NCBI GenBank assembly: GCA_048128005.1
Contig: JBEUKZ010000016.1
Coordinates: forward strand, 619,358 to 639,357
DNA from: Veleropilina oligotropha
Taxonomy: Eukaryota
Direction of reading: 5' to 3'
DNA length: 20,000 nucleotides
Position 1 is the first letter of the stretch. Each line of letters opens with the position of its first letter. The notes under the pieces were generated by a model, which worked only from the letters and a program-made list of their open reading frames with translations, made no database searches and was not told the origin of the DNA. Positions 8,301 through 16,600 of this stretch are shown here, piece after piece. The position numbers and the translations under genes are program-made.

Positions 8301-9175
8301 ACGACTGCAGTGACCGGGTACGCATTCTCGTAGTAGACTTTGTCGACCCCAGTGATAGCACCCGGCTTAGTGTCATGGGATATCTCAAAGACACCCTGGC
8401 CCTTCTTTCTCGCAGCCTTCACCGGGTCAAACTTGTCTTCGACCATCCAGTCGCCCTCACTCCACTCACGCAAGAACTTTATCCTAAGGACATACTCGCC
8501 CTTTGGAAGGGCTGTGAGGAGCTGTGCCGCCCTCGCGTCTGTCATACGGGCATCCAGGGCCAGCCGTCCAGCCACCTCGACCCTCCATGTGGAGAACGCC
8601 GCTGCGGCGCCATCGACCTCAAACTCGTCTTTGGCGTCGCTCAAGAGTTCCACCCATGGCTCTTTTGCTGGGAGCCTTACTGGGGGAGGGACCTGGGCAT
8701 CCAGGTCGATGAATCGTTGTCCCTCGGGTGTGGTAAATTGCCCTAGAAGATCCTTCTGGTAGTCCTGGGCTGTCCGGGGCGTTTTGGAGATGAGAAGATC
8801 GGGCCCCTTCCGAGCAATAGCATGGGCAAGGGTCTCTTTCCGAGACCGCTTGACGATTCGATCCGTGATGGCGCGAAGTGGCTTCAGTCGAATCCCGGGC
8901 GTTTTCTCAGCCTGGGATTCGTATTTACGAGCCTGCAGGGCGACGTCGACCTCGTCCTTAATCTGCCGCAACTCGCGAGCACGTCGGCCTCTTTTGTGGG
9001 GGTTCTCCACATCTCCACGTATGGAGGGGAACCTTCCCGTTTTCATCGCCCGCTCGAGTCTCCTCCGAAACTCCGCAGCACGGACCCCGGCTATTTCCCT
9101 GATGAGGTCGTTCTTCTTGAGCTTCGACTGAGCGGGAAGCCCGTAAGCTTTCGCTAAATTCCGTAGTTCATCCAT
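5336..9175 (-). CDS. Multidomain replication protein: HeH/Rho-N-like + OTU-like protease + divergent protein-primed PolB + SF1 (RecD/Pif1-like) helicase + HNH nuclease
   Basis: PolB: HGHGG, motif A IDMKSCYP (D544), motif-B-like CSIIGKF, HLRASMLAYAH, motif C VATDSI (D759). SF1: GGGGCGKT, IIWDE, CGDQGQPPP, DYRAKD, YALTIHSSQGLT, AYLAVSR. HNH: CAAC...SVDRVDNSRGH...NMRLTCLECNRKR. OTU-like: GDLNC316...HNGH405AW. Confidence 0.88.
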   Translation of the reverse strand: MDELRNLAKAYGLPAQSKLKKNDLIREIAGVRAAEFRRRLERAMKTGRFPSIRGDVENPHKRGRRARELRQIKDEVDVALQARKYESQAEKTPGIRLKPLRAITDRIVKRSRKETLAHAIARKGPDLLISKTPRTAQDYQKDLLGQFTTPEGQRFIDLDAQVPPPVRLPAKEPWVELLSDAKDEFEVDGAAAAFSTWRVEVAGRLALDARMTDARAAQLLTALPKGEYVLRIKFLREWSEGDWMVEDKFDPVKAARKKGQGVFEISHDTKPGAITGVDKVYYENAYPVTAVVYGVYPLREPNPANLVPMKNGDLNCVAQRVVEHFEGALRGNGLTPIRRQKIQEWEERVHVTGATVDDISILERILKRAIIVRDIAGADIYNSGKYRGQGTHTFRNVELICHNGHAWSKDLHFPQSREVHIYEGDVWEAIRQATRNEPLAVWLLSGKDRQLNVNQFMLQDGRTYRTKDDHERLQEACTALGNESLADRAFGVNHAASIIAKETNGWKPTPASLLDDIQKACVEHGHGGLWNSMGYDTGDICCIDMKSCYPASFLGQGEAKPYFERFGHPLHSMTRVAINGPLPEDIGTGFAEVVEWEFAQDIHPVIPAWFGKHFAENGWAPTPLLAFLVDSGLLKSLKIREAIIAFKKQIDVWLPPDRDQGCSIIGKFTQGANADGKRLTRRLVIDQGELDFLVRDTRQSGTLVGAPQRCPMGHILTYYDGSQPQYAHLRASMLAYAHINLLSMLQRFTPDEAVRVATDSIYLKKASLEKLDDVTVYVAPKLCNCGEKSCISCLIGEPYLPPVAPAQWRDKGEQLYMPQEHAAYLPKPEYCCAAKDVPPSTAPCYNDTLTHHRLSYRNGGGGCGKTTRAIELFQARNPVVFTPTHRLAKEMRTRGVKAQTYHSFFRWSGQNDWMPDRMGQKFIPRVIIWDEVCTVPRHILEMFLDWLGRHEVQVICCGDQGQPPPITGEMPHDWLQQTADYYEEIEVDYRAKDDPALQALKRRIRLQPDKVQCDEMRRMLPSCLGWDRFVNTWKPGDLILTSRQKVRERAQQLLLQRHKEHFPDSPVPILYHPRDTSKQNIMVTIPGTDEREELVLNDVVEVTIDAAERAILTPDWRLGYALTIHSSQGLTIHDPQKVWIIDDYLQWSNLAYLAVSRVELLHQLERVTCPPDEGAEDRPPPQSKQQVRKTIQKKLVAYKRQDQAKGLPGFNLKVDDILQLKDAQNNRCAACNIELLWAYQPKDTQQFSVDRVDNSRGHIRDNMRLTCLECNRKRGSSSC

Positions 9176-9223
9176 GTTGCTGGGCGGGTATACACTACGC
9201 CAAGCATTCCTCTAATAGGAAAT

Positions 9224-9499
9224 TTACGTGTGGTAAATTACAGCCATGCGGAGAAACTCTCTCTCGAAGGCCCTTTTCTTTCGTCCCCAGTCCTTAACGT
9301 CCTCATTCCGATACCCACAACCCCGGCACAACGTAAACCGGTTAAAGACGCCTTTGCCGCATTTGATGCAGGGCTTTGTGCCCCAGCCATTTCGCCGTTG
9401 CCGAGCCAGATGGACTTTGCAATACTCGCTCAGACAGCTCTTACCGCATAGCTCCGTGGAGCTGATGGTAAGCCATTGACAGGTGTCATAGCCCTTCAT
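9224..9499 (-). CDS. Small Cys-rich putative zinc-finger protein (91 aa)
   Basis: C...C...C...CKVH cluster followed by CIKC...CRGC. Co-oriented and 48 nt upstream of the replication gene. Confidence 0.65.
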   Translation of the reverse strand: MKGYDTCQWLTISSTELCGKSCLSEYCKVHLARQRRNGWGTKPCIKCGKGVFNRFTLCRGCGYRNEDVKDWGRKKRAFEREFLRMAVIYHT

Positions 9500-9647
9500 C
9501 GTATCCTTTGCATTGGATATACCCGTCCGATGGGTATGTCTAAAAGAGAGCCCGGGCCGGCGAGGGTAACGGGCCGTCCCTACGGGCTCTTACTACATAC
9601 TACTATATCGGCATGTTAGACGCTGTGTAGTTATACTTGAAATCAAC

Positions 9648-9809
9648 ATGCCGCAGAAAGACGTTCCCATGTTGCGCAGCGCGAAAAGTTCCCGCCGCAA
9701 GGCCCCTGCCAAAGCTCCTGCCAAGGCTCCTACCAAGACTCCTGCCAAGGCTCCTGCCAAGGCCCCTGCCAAGGCCCCTGCCAAGGCTCCTGCCAAACGT
9801 CGTCCCTAG
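9648..9809 (+). CDS. 53-aa basic (KAPA)n histone-H1-like protein, missing from the ORF track
   Basis: MPQKDVPMLRSAKSSRRKAPAKAPAKAPTKTPAKAPAKAPAKAPAKAPAKRRP*. TCAACATG start. Repeat variants AAG/AAA and GCC/GCT are synonymous in this frame. Confidence 0.68.
   Translation: MPQKDVPMLRSAKSSRRKAPAKAPAKAPTKTPAKAPAKAPAKAPAKAPAKRRP
9699..9797 (+). repeat. 12-bp tandem repeat AAGGCYCCTGCC x8
   Basis: Eight near-identical 12-mers plus a partial unit, directly visible. Confidence 0.95.
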
Positions 9810-9866
9810 TCCCACCCCTGCTGTGTACACACGGTGACTTTTTGTAATACACGATATACCCTGGGG

Positions 9867-9998
9867 TCTGAAAGGGTGCTGGGAGCCCCCACGGTCGCCC
9901 CGGGGCCCTAGTCTAAACTACCTTAGGGGCTCGTACTACACCACCTCGGTTCTGAAATAGTGCTGGGAGCCGTATTTTCCCATTCTAAAAAGTCTACT
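9867..9998. repeat. Candidate right terminal (TIR) region of the element with internal 21-bp direct repeat
   Basis: tctgaaagggtgctgggagcc (9867-9887) and tctgaaatagtgctgggagcc (9951-9971) match 19/21. The region ends in TCTACT (reverse complement AGTAGA), like Polinton AG...CT termini. Confidence 0.55.
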
Positions 9999-10479
9999 GA
10001 CCCCCCCTGCTGCTCAATTTGACGAGTGTTTCAACAGGAAAAATTAAAACAATTATATTATACATTTTAGTCTAACTCGCCAAGAACCAAGGGGACGTTC
10101 AACCTGGATTCACTGGGTGCAGGTACTCTCAACTTACAAATCTACGGAAGCGTATTTAGGTCACCAGTAAACTAAATTGATCGAGACCGAACCCCCCCCC
10201 CCCCCCCCTTGCCAACGGATTGCCCTTGAAATCAAAGTCAATATATATTTTTCAGTAGCTCCTTCTAGTGTCAACTCCACAGTTATCAATTGAATAGGCC
10301 TATGTATTTCATGAGCGCTGATTGATTTTTCATGCAGTCAAACCAGTTCTGCCCAACTACAACAGTTGCGCAAACCTTTCACCCATCTTTATATTTTACG
10401 AAAATGTGCAGTCATCATCAACATGTCGGAGAATATGGCGAGTTTCCAAGAAACGCTGAGTACGGCCTTGTCATTCCCA

Positions 10480-11035
10480 TGGTTCCTCTCCATCTGGCTC
10501 TGTCCTGAGCCCCCCTCCCCTCCCATCTGTCGCATGTTGATGGACAGAGCGTGCTGCCATATTTTCATTGGTCTGCCGTCAGGAGGTCGCCCATCCGCGA
10601 AAAACATGGTGCAGTCAGTCGGCGTTGTCCTTCCGCTCCAAACCATCTCAGTCTACTTCACAACGTTACCAACCGCCTCCACCCCTAGCCGTCTTCCCAA
10701 TGCCTCACTCGTCAGTCTGTCCCGCAGAAACATGCCACACATCCACCTGATTATGATCACCTCCGTTCTTTCCAATTTCATGGCATGGTCTACCCTCGTG
10801 ACCAATGGGTCGCAACCGTAAAGAAGCAACATCTGACACATGCCGTGTGGGCCTACACTTGACCCTTCATCTTCAGTGGTGGCACCTTTCAGTGGTGTTC
10901 GGAATGGTGGCAACTCTATGAACCTCTTCGACGCACACCTCACTCTCGCCGTCACCGCGGCGTCCACACACACCCCACACTCAGTATATCGCCCAGGTAA
11001 AATAACCGGTCCACCACCCCATACCCATCACAATG
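10480..11035 (-). mobile_element. Decayed RTE-clade LINE, post-RT C-terminal coding region
   Basis: Frameshifted translations VVDRLFYLGDILS / DAAVTARVRCASKRFIEL / LLYGCD...LERTEVIIIRWMCGMFLRDRLTSEALGRRLGVE / GRPPDGRPMKIW resemble the RTE ORF C-terminus. Confidence 0.8.
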
Positions 11036-11083
11036 AACGGTACGACAGATGTATGGTTTCAGATGTGGGCTCCGAAAAATCAC

Positions 11084-11230
11084 TGGCTTGATTCCGCTGA
11101 CGCGAACAGTTTTGGGTTCAAACCTCGGCTGGGACATCATACATTTGTTCAAGTTATGAATCACAGTTGTCCATAACTGGTCAGAGTGGGCGAGTTTGCT
11201 CGGGATTTCCTCCGGCGACAATATGGACAT
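11084..11230 (+). mobile_element. Possible tRNA-derived SINE fragment lying between the RTE LINE pieces
   Basis: B-box-like GGTTCAAACC at 11115-11124 with a TGGC A-box-like start ~30 nt upstream. Boundaries uncertain. Confidence 0.35.
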
Positions 11231-11279
11231 GTCCTGCTTGAACCAAATGATGGTTAAAATATACAGGACATTAAGCATC

Positions 11280-11560
11280 GATCCTTTCCTTTCCTTTGTC
11301 ATGCTCATCACCATGCATCTCTAGTCCCTCCTCATCCACCAGTGGACCGTTTCCCCTACATCTCCTGCACACGAACGTTGCAATGAAGGTTGCCTTTGAC
11401 CCCACTACAACTCTTGTCGCCCCACTTTCCACATGCCGTACACCTTAACGAGTTGGCGGCTACCCCACTTGCACACACTCCACATGAACATGCACCTGAC
11501 TTCGATACCGCTCCACTGGCATCACTGCTAACCACCACCTTCAGCCCATTGCAGACAAGG
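11280..11560 (-). mobile_element. Decayed RTE-clade LINE, Cys-rich finger region following RT
   Basis: GLKVVVS...SGACSCGVCASGVAANSLRCTACGKWGDKSCSGVKGNL, then FVCRRCRG in another frame. Confidence 0.72.
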
Positions 11561-13484
11561 CACATCCGATAGTCTCCTAGCTTTCTTCTCAGCACCTCTC
11601 TGTGTAGTGCAGTGAAGCCAAATGTCGGTTACATGAATGTTAATTAACAAAACCATTAATGTCTCCCATTTCATATTAATAAATTTAAAGGCAAATCATA
11701 ATATGTTGTTTTTTCTGAGAACGCGGCAAAAAGAAGGACTCTTTTTCAATGAATTATAATACACATTATACATGTACTAGTATTTGTTTGGTTTTGCTTG
11801 CATCTGTGCTAAATTCCCTTTACATGAGGGTGGCGCAAAATAAGGACGCCCCACCCTAAAGTTTTATAATACACTTACGATGAAAAGGATGTAATATGGC
11901 ACGCTAAAAACATCGCATTTGCAGCCTCAAAACGGACGAGGAGCTGTTCCACAATCTCTTTGTACAGCTCTTATCACATTTTGGGTCATAACAGGACATG
12001 TACATATTATCCCGCAAGTATATATTCCAAATTGTATTCATGGCCAAGTATGCCCCCAGCAAGTTATATTCCAACCCCTCTTCACAAAATCCTGATAATG
12101 GCCATCAAACGTATAATTATCAACATGGTGACCAGCTTCCATTTCTCGTGGATTGCTTGTGTCAATTCCTGTATGCAGATATTGGATGGTGGTGCTGTTG
12201 TCATCTATGAATATCGAACGACTGACAATGGCATGATCATCGAAATGTGCCACAACGACGTTATTCACTACGTTTTGTAAATAGCATTGACCATTCAGCG
12301 TCCAGGCATGAGCGGATCGGGGGGGGGGGGGAATTGGGTCCGAACAACCGCTTTTTTACAAGTCATAATTTTGATGGTACGAAATATAGCGCTTTGCACT
12401 GTCTTAATGCAGGTGAGAGGGTTTCATACCGTTATTTGTCAAAATTTTCCTGTGGGGTCACATCCCTAAGCGAACAGTTTATAGTATGTTTCCTAATAAA
12501 GTTGACCGCCACATTTTCAAACTTCTACTCTGCCCCTGCCAGGTATTGTAATGAGGTCCAACTTTCCTATATGGAAAACGCCACTTCCCAACCATCACAG
12601 GACTTCCTGTAAAAGTTCGATTGCAAGGATCTCCTAATGGTAATAGGCCTCGTTACACAGAGAATAACGGGCATTGGTCTTCCTTGGTTTTTCAAGTCTT
12701 GGGCAATCCTTTCTTTCATTCTTTCCCTCACCGGTTCATATTCACAAGTCGATCAACAACCTCGTTGTTAATGTTCAATCTAGCTGTGCGTATTGCTTAT
12801 CGATAATTTGCCGTCATGTATTTACAGATAGTCTAGATCATGCATGTCAAGAAAGGTTAAATTCCACCTGGGTTAGGACATGTCTATATTATCGCGGGAG
12901 AAAAATCCTATCGCACGGAAACACTCGCATTATCCAACCATTTATGGACAACTGTGACTGGCTACGCAGCGAAGAATGTCATCGTCCCATTGTCACCAAC
13001 CGAGGTCAAACGTATTACTGTCAAGTAAATGAATTCAGAGCCCACACTCTTATCCACTCGGCTACCGGAGCGGCGCCTGAGGAAATTAATTAAAATACAC
13101 ACACAAGCTTGCTCACGCACACAATTTAATCTAAGTTGCTCTACCAATTTCAACTTTGTTAATGTTTTCATTATAGCACGCAATATGTTGCATTTACAAT
13201 TCAATACCTAATATTTGGTTTTCAAACATGATGCTTACAGTCTTGATTTTAACGCTCTATCAGAATATGTCCATATTATAACGAGAGGAAAGCCCGGTCG
13301 CCCGTGAAAACCATGTAACGAATATATCTTACCGACAACCTTTTTTTACACTTTAACCTGTCTAAACCGGTCACATTCCTGTGGTGTCGTCTGCGCGAAC
13401 CGTTTTTTGGCCGCCATATTGTTTATTGATTTGTATAAGGCACAGGGGCGATACCTCTATACCGACCCTGTATGGCGGTGAGCT

Positions 13485-13700
13485 AACCCCATATGGATTT
13501 ATACAGGGTCGACACGTGATCGGTCTAACCCAATCACTAGCGTGGAAATTTGTTGGAGGTAAGATATGGTATATACAGGGTGAGTAAAATTCATATCAGG
13601 CGAGAGCGAAGGTGAAGTAACCCCATATGGATTATACACGGTCGACACGTGATGGGTCTAACCCAATCACTATCGTAGAAACTTGTTGGAGGTAAGATAT
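13485..13700. repeat. Imperfect ~82-bp direct repeat x2, possibly within a TTAA-flanked non-autonomous element (13357-13818)
   Basis: aaccccatatggatt...gtcgacacgtgat.ggtctaacccaatcacta.cgt.gaaa.ttgttggaggtaagatat starts at 13485 and 13619. TTAA-CC at 13353 and GGG-TTAA ending 13822. Confidence 0.75.
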
Positions 13701-14818
13701 AGCTATATCCCATGACTATCACGCGATATAAGGTGCGTCGTAAACCGCCAATCGCTTTAAAACAGTATATTGAACAAACGATAAAAAGAGGCAAATAATT
13801 TACCGTGCGGAGCATGGGTTAAAGCTTGTCTTGATGATAGCGCAATTGCCATACAAACTCATTTTACTTAAGATAAAATATCGCCAATTATTCAGTAACT
13901 TGGCATGCTGAGCACGTGGCTCATGGCTGTAACACGTGATGAACACGTGGCTCATGCATGGTTATAGCCACGATCCGGCTGGATAGGCCACACGGTACCA
14001 CCCGGCCCCTATCGCTATCAAAGTTACTTTCAGCGACACTGTCAAACGTGAAATGTTTACATCTTAAACGAAATATGTATCCAATAACATCTTAACGGTC
14101 AATGTGATAAAGTGCTCACAGAATAATTCATTATCAGGACGAAGGGTGCGGTAGGAATCGAGACGGTTGCCAACAGAAACAGCTGCGGATTGGAATACAA
14201 ATTATACGTGGAAACATCTTGTTACATTAACCTTATACACCCCCACCCCCTTACTAGGAAGGCCCAACACCGATGATGTACTGCACGTGATGTACTGGAT
14301 AGAGCATGACCCCTGATTCACTAACCTGACAGCAGGGCATTGCGTTCAATGAACTCTCATCGTTCATCGTAACCGGCCAACTCATGATAAGAGTGGGATT
14401 TCATGTCTATCGTGCTCTCCTTCAGTGATAAAATGGTATGAAAAAGGGGGTTAAAATGAGACATTACGTGTGGATTCAAACCAAAACTTTACCCCGAGTT
14501 CGATTTCGACATACAGCTATGTTCCCTGTTTTCACTCCTCTATGTTATTGGAGAGGAAGTTCCAGAGTTGGGTTTGTGGGTAATTATGTGGGTAATCTCT
14601 CGTAAACGTGAATCATATGTCATGATGATGAGATTCCGGTTTATGGTCGCAGACTGCTTAATTATAACATAGAGCGGGTATCGACACGCGACCATGAACA
14701 ATGTCTGGTCCTTAAAGCGGCTCTATATATGGAATCGTCTTTGTTGGAAAATCGTCTTTGCAACATTACGTAACCCTAACATAAAAGAGTACCAAACATG
14801 TCAGCCTCCACGAACATT

Positions 14819-15602
14819 AGGCGTATTCGAATGGGACTTTTCCGTTGAGTACAATTAAGCCCCGCCCACCTGCGCAGTAGGAAAACAATGTTCCACGAAA
14901 CCGTGCCATCCGAATACAAATTTGACAATATCAAAGTTTCTGGTCACGTGCAGGTGGACGTCACAGTGGAAAATGGCGCCGCTTGCTAAAGTTCACGGGT
15001 ACCGAAATATTCATTGAAAAATCACAAACACTAAAACAAATATGCCAAGGTTAAATTGCTGCATGTTCAGTTAAACTAAAAAAGCAACACACCCGTTAAA
15101 ATTAAAGTCATATTGAAGCACAAAATAAATTGGCGTAATATGACAAAACAATATTTATTTACAATTAATCTATAGCTAAGACAGTCGATCCCTTTTTATG
15201 TATTACAACAAAATAATATCTCACAACAATCATTTTGGGGGATATTTGTTATTATTTAATTTTGTAATCTGTGTCATTTCTGTACTATACGCGCGAATTC
15301 CTTTCGCCAAGCGAGTGGAACTCTTTGATATCACGAAATCAAGTATATCTCTTGATATCAAGAAATCAAATATATCTCTTGATATCAAGAATTAATTTCA
15401 AATTTTACCCATTCGAATACAAAATATGTTCAACATACTTAACGAAAATGCGTTGAGCACAATTTAACGGCCTTTTGAGGTAGTATAGAGACGTTCGTGG
15501 AGTACTTTTTTTCATCTAAATGACGTCATCAGTGCCATCCGAATACAAAACATGCTCCACGATCGAAAAGTACTCAACGAAAAGTGCCATTCGAATACGC
15601 CT
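14819..15602. mobile_element. MITE with ~33-bp TIRs (PIF/Harbinger-like if TSD is ATT; TA reading also possible)
   Basis: Left aggcgtattcgaatgggacttttccgttgagtac versus right gtactcaacgaaaagtgccattcgaatacgcct. ATT on both flanks. Internal repeats gtgccatccgaatacaaa near 14903 and 15532. Confidence 0.85.
15321..15392. repeat. Short array of GATATCAAGAA-type ~25-bp repeats nested in the MITE
   Basis: Three copies of (c)ttgatatca.gaa, related to the 16170-16575 array. Confidence 0.7.
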
Positions 15603-16145
15603 ATTGTTTGTGTTGCTCAACACGACAAGTAGCCACGCTATCGCGTAGCGAAGGGAGTTATATAAATCGGTGCAGCGTCGATCGCGATAAAGTAGGACGC
15701 TGTCACATTCCTCGCCATAAAATGTGTAAGTTCCCCTTTAATAAGTCCTTGACAATTTTATCGAGTAATGGTTCATAAATTATTATGGTTGATCATCAGA
15801 AATTCCAGAATTGGAGTTCATTAACGGTTGACGATAATCAGTGAAATATCATAATATGCTACAGGTGCTACCTAGTGAAGAGCACGCAGATTTACTATGG
15901 GGGCGAATTTGTTTGACGGCGAATTATCGTGATACCTCTGACTCGGGCGTGCGCATAGCCCACCTTACGCGATTCGGCAAAGTCCGCTTCAAAATGCGTG
16001 ATGTCAGGTCGCGTAAATGTAAACTAAGTATATTTAAAACGAAATTTGATAATAATAATATGTTGTAGGTAGCACCTATGGGTATAGATACGTACGCAGA
16101 ATAGAGATTATGTACACGAAGAAACATTATGAAAACAGTACCGTG

Positions 16146-16600
16146 CGTTGTTCTTTTTATTCCAGTTTTAGATATCAAGAATTCGAATTTGATTTTAATT
16201 CTTGATATCAAGAATTCGAATTTGTGATATCAAGAATTCGATTTCTAGATACCAAAACATCGAATTCTTGATATCACAAATTCGAATTCTTGATATCGCA
16301 AATTCGATTTCTTAATATCAAGAATTCGAATTTGTGATATCAAGAATTCGAATTTGTGATATCAAGAAATCGAATTCTTGATTTCACAAATTCGAATTCT
16401 TGATATCAAAAAATCAAATCGAATTCTTGATATCAAGAAATCGAATTTGTGATATCAAGAATTCGACTTTTTGATATCAAGAATTCGACTTTTTGATATC
16501 AAGAATTCATCAAGAAATATTTATTGATATCAATAATTCGAATTTGTGATATCAAGAAATCGAATTATTGGTATCTAAAACTGGAATAAAAAGAACAACG
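16146..16600. mobile_element. Foldback/MITE-like element: ~40-bp TIRs enclosing a palindromic ~21-bp minisatellite
   Basis: Left cgttgttctttttattccagttttagatatcaagaattcga versus right tcgaattattggtatctaaaactggaataaaaagaacaacg. The interior is built of gatatcaagaattcgaatttgt units in both orientations. Confidence 0.85.

Larger units (their letters stand above)
1..9998. mobile_element. Endogenous Polinton/Maverick-like virus (adintovirus/PLV-type), right part; left part lies outside the window
   Basis: Capsid-like gene, A32-type ATPase, DDE integrase and PolB-motif protein occur together in a compact intronless GC-rich block. Composition switches to AT-rich repeat-laden DNA after ~10010. Candidate terminus ...AGTCTACT at 9991-9998. 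Confidence 0.88.

Noticed and set aside
5402..9157. Numerous + strand ORFs antisense to the replicase (e.g. 6182-6949, 8204-8746)
   Set aside because: Shadow ORFs expected in GC-rich coding DNA; no motifs.
9593..9837. ORF-track calls with LLPR, ALAG and GRSL repeats
   Set aside because: Alternative frames of the 12-bp repeat, at least partly with non-ATG starts. The KAPA frame has a good ATG context and mostly synonymous variation (the antisense ALAG frame is its mirror).
1..9998. Bacterial prophage or tectivirus interpretation
   Set aside because: Retroviral-type integrase, no evident Shine-Dalgarno pattern, Kozak-like starts and flanking LINE/MITE DNA point to a eukaryotic host.
10192..10208. 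Poly-C run (and poly-G at 12319-12331) as functional elements
   Set aside because: Simple homopolymers with no supporting context.
11960..13211. Short ORFs suggesting a decayed gene or transposase
   Set aside because: The sequence looks vaguely coding on the minus strand, but I could not recognise any motif; a translated search would be needed.
13357..13818. Confident piggyBac MITE call
   Set aside because: TTAA-CC...GG-TTAA ends are present, but the terminal inverted match beyond 2-3 bp is poor; kept only as a possibility.
16170..16575. CRISPR-like appearance of the palindromic repeat array
   Set aside because: No unique spacers, units are contiguous and invert, no cas genes, eukaryotic TE context.
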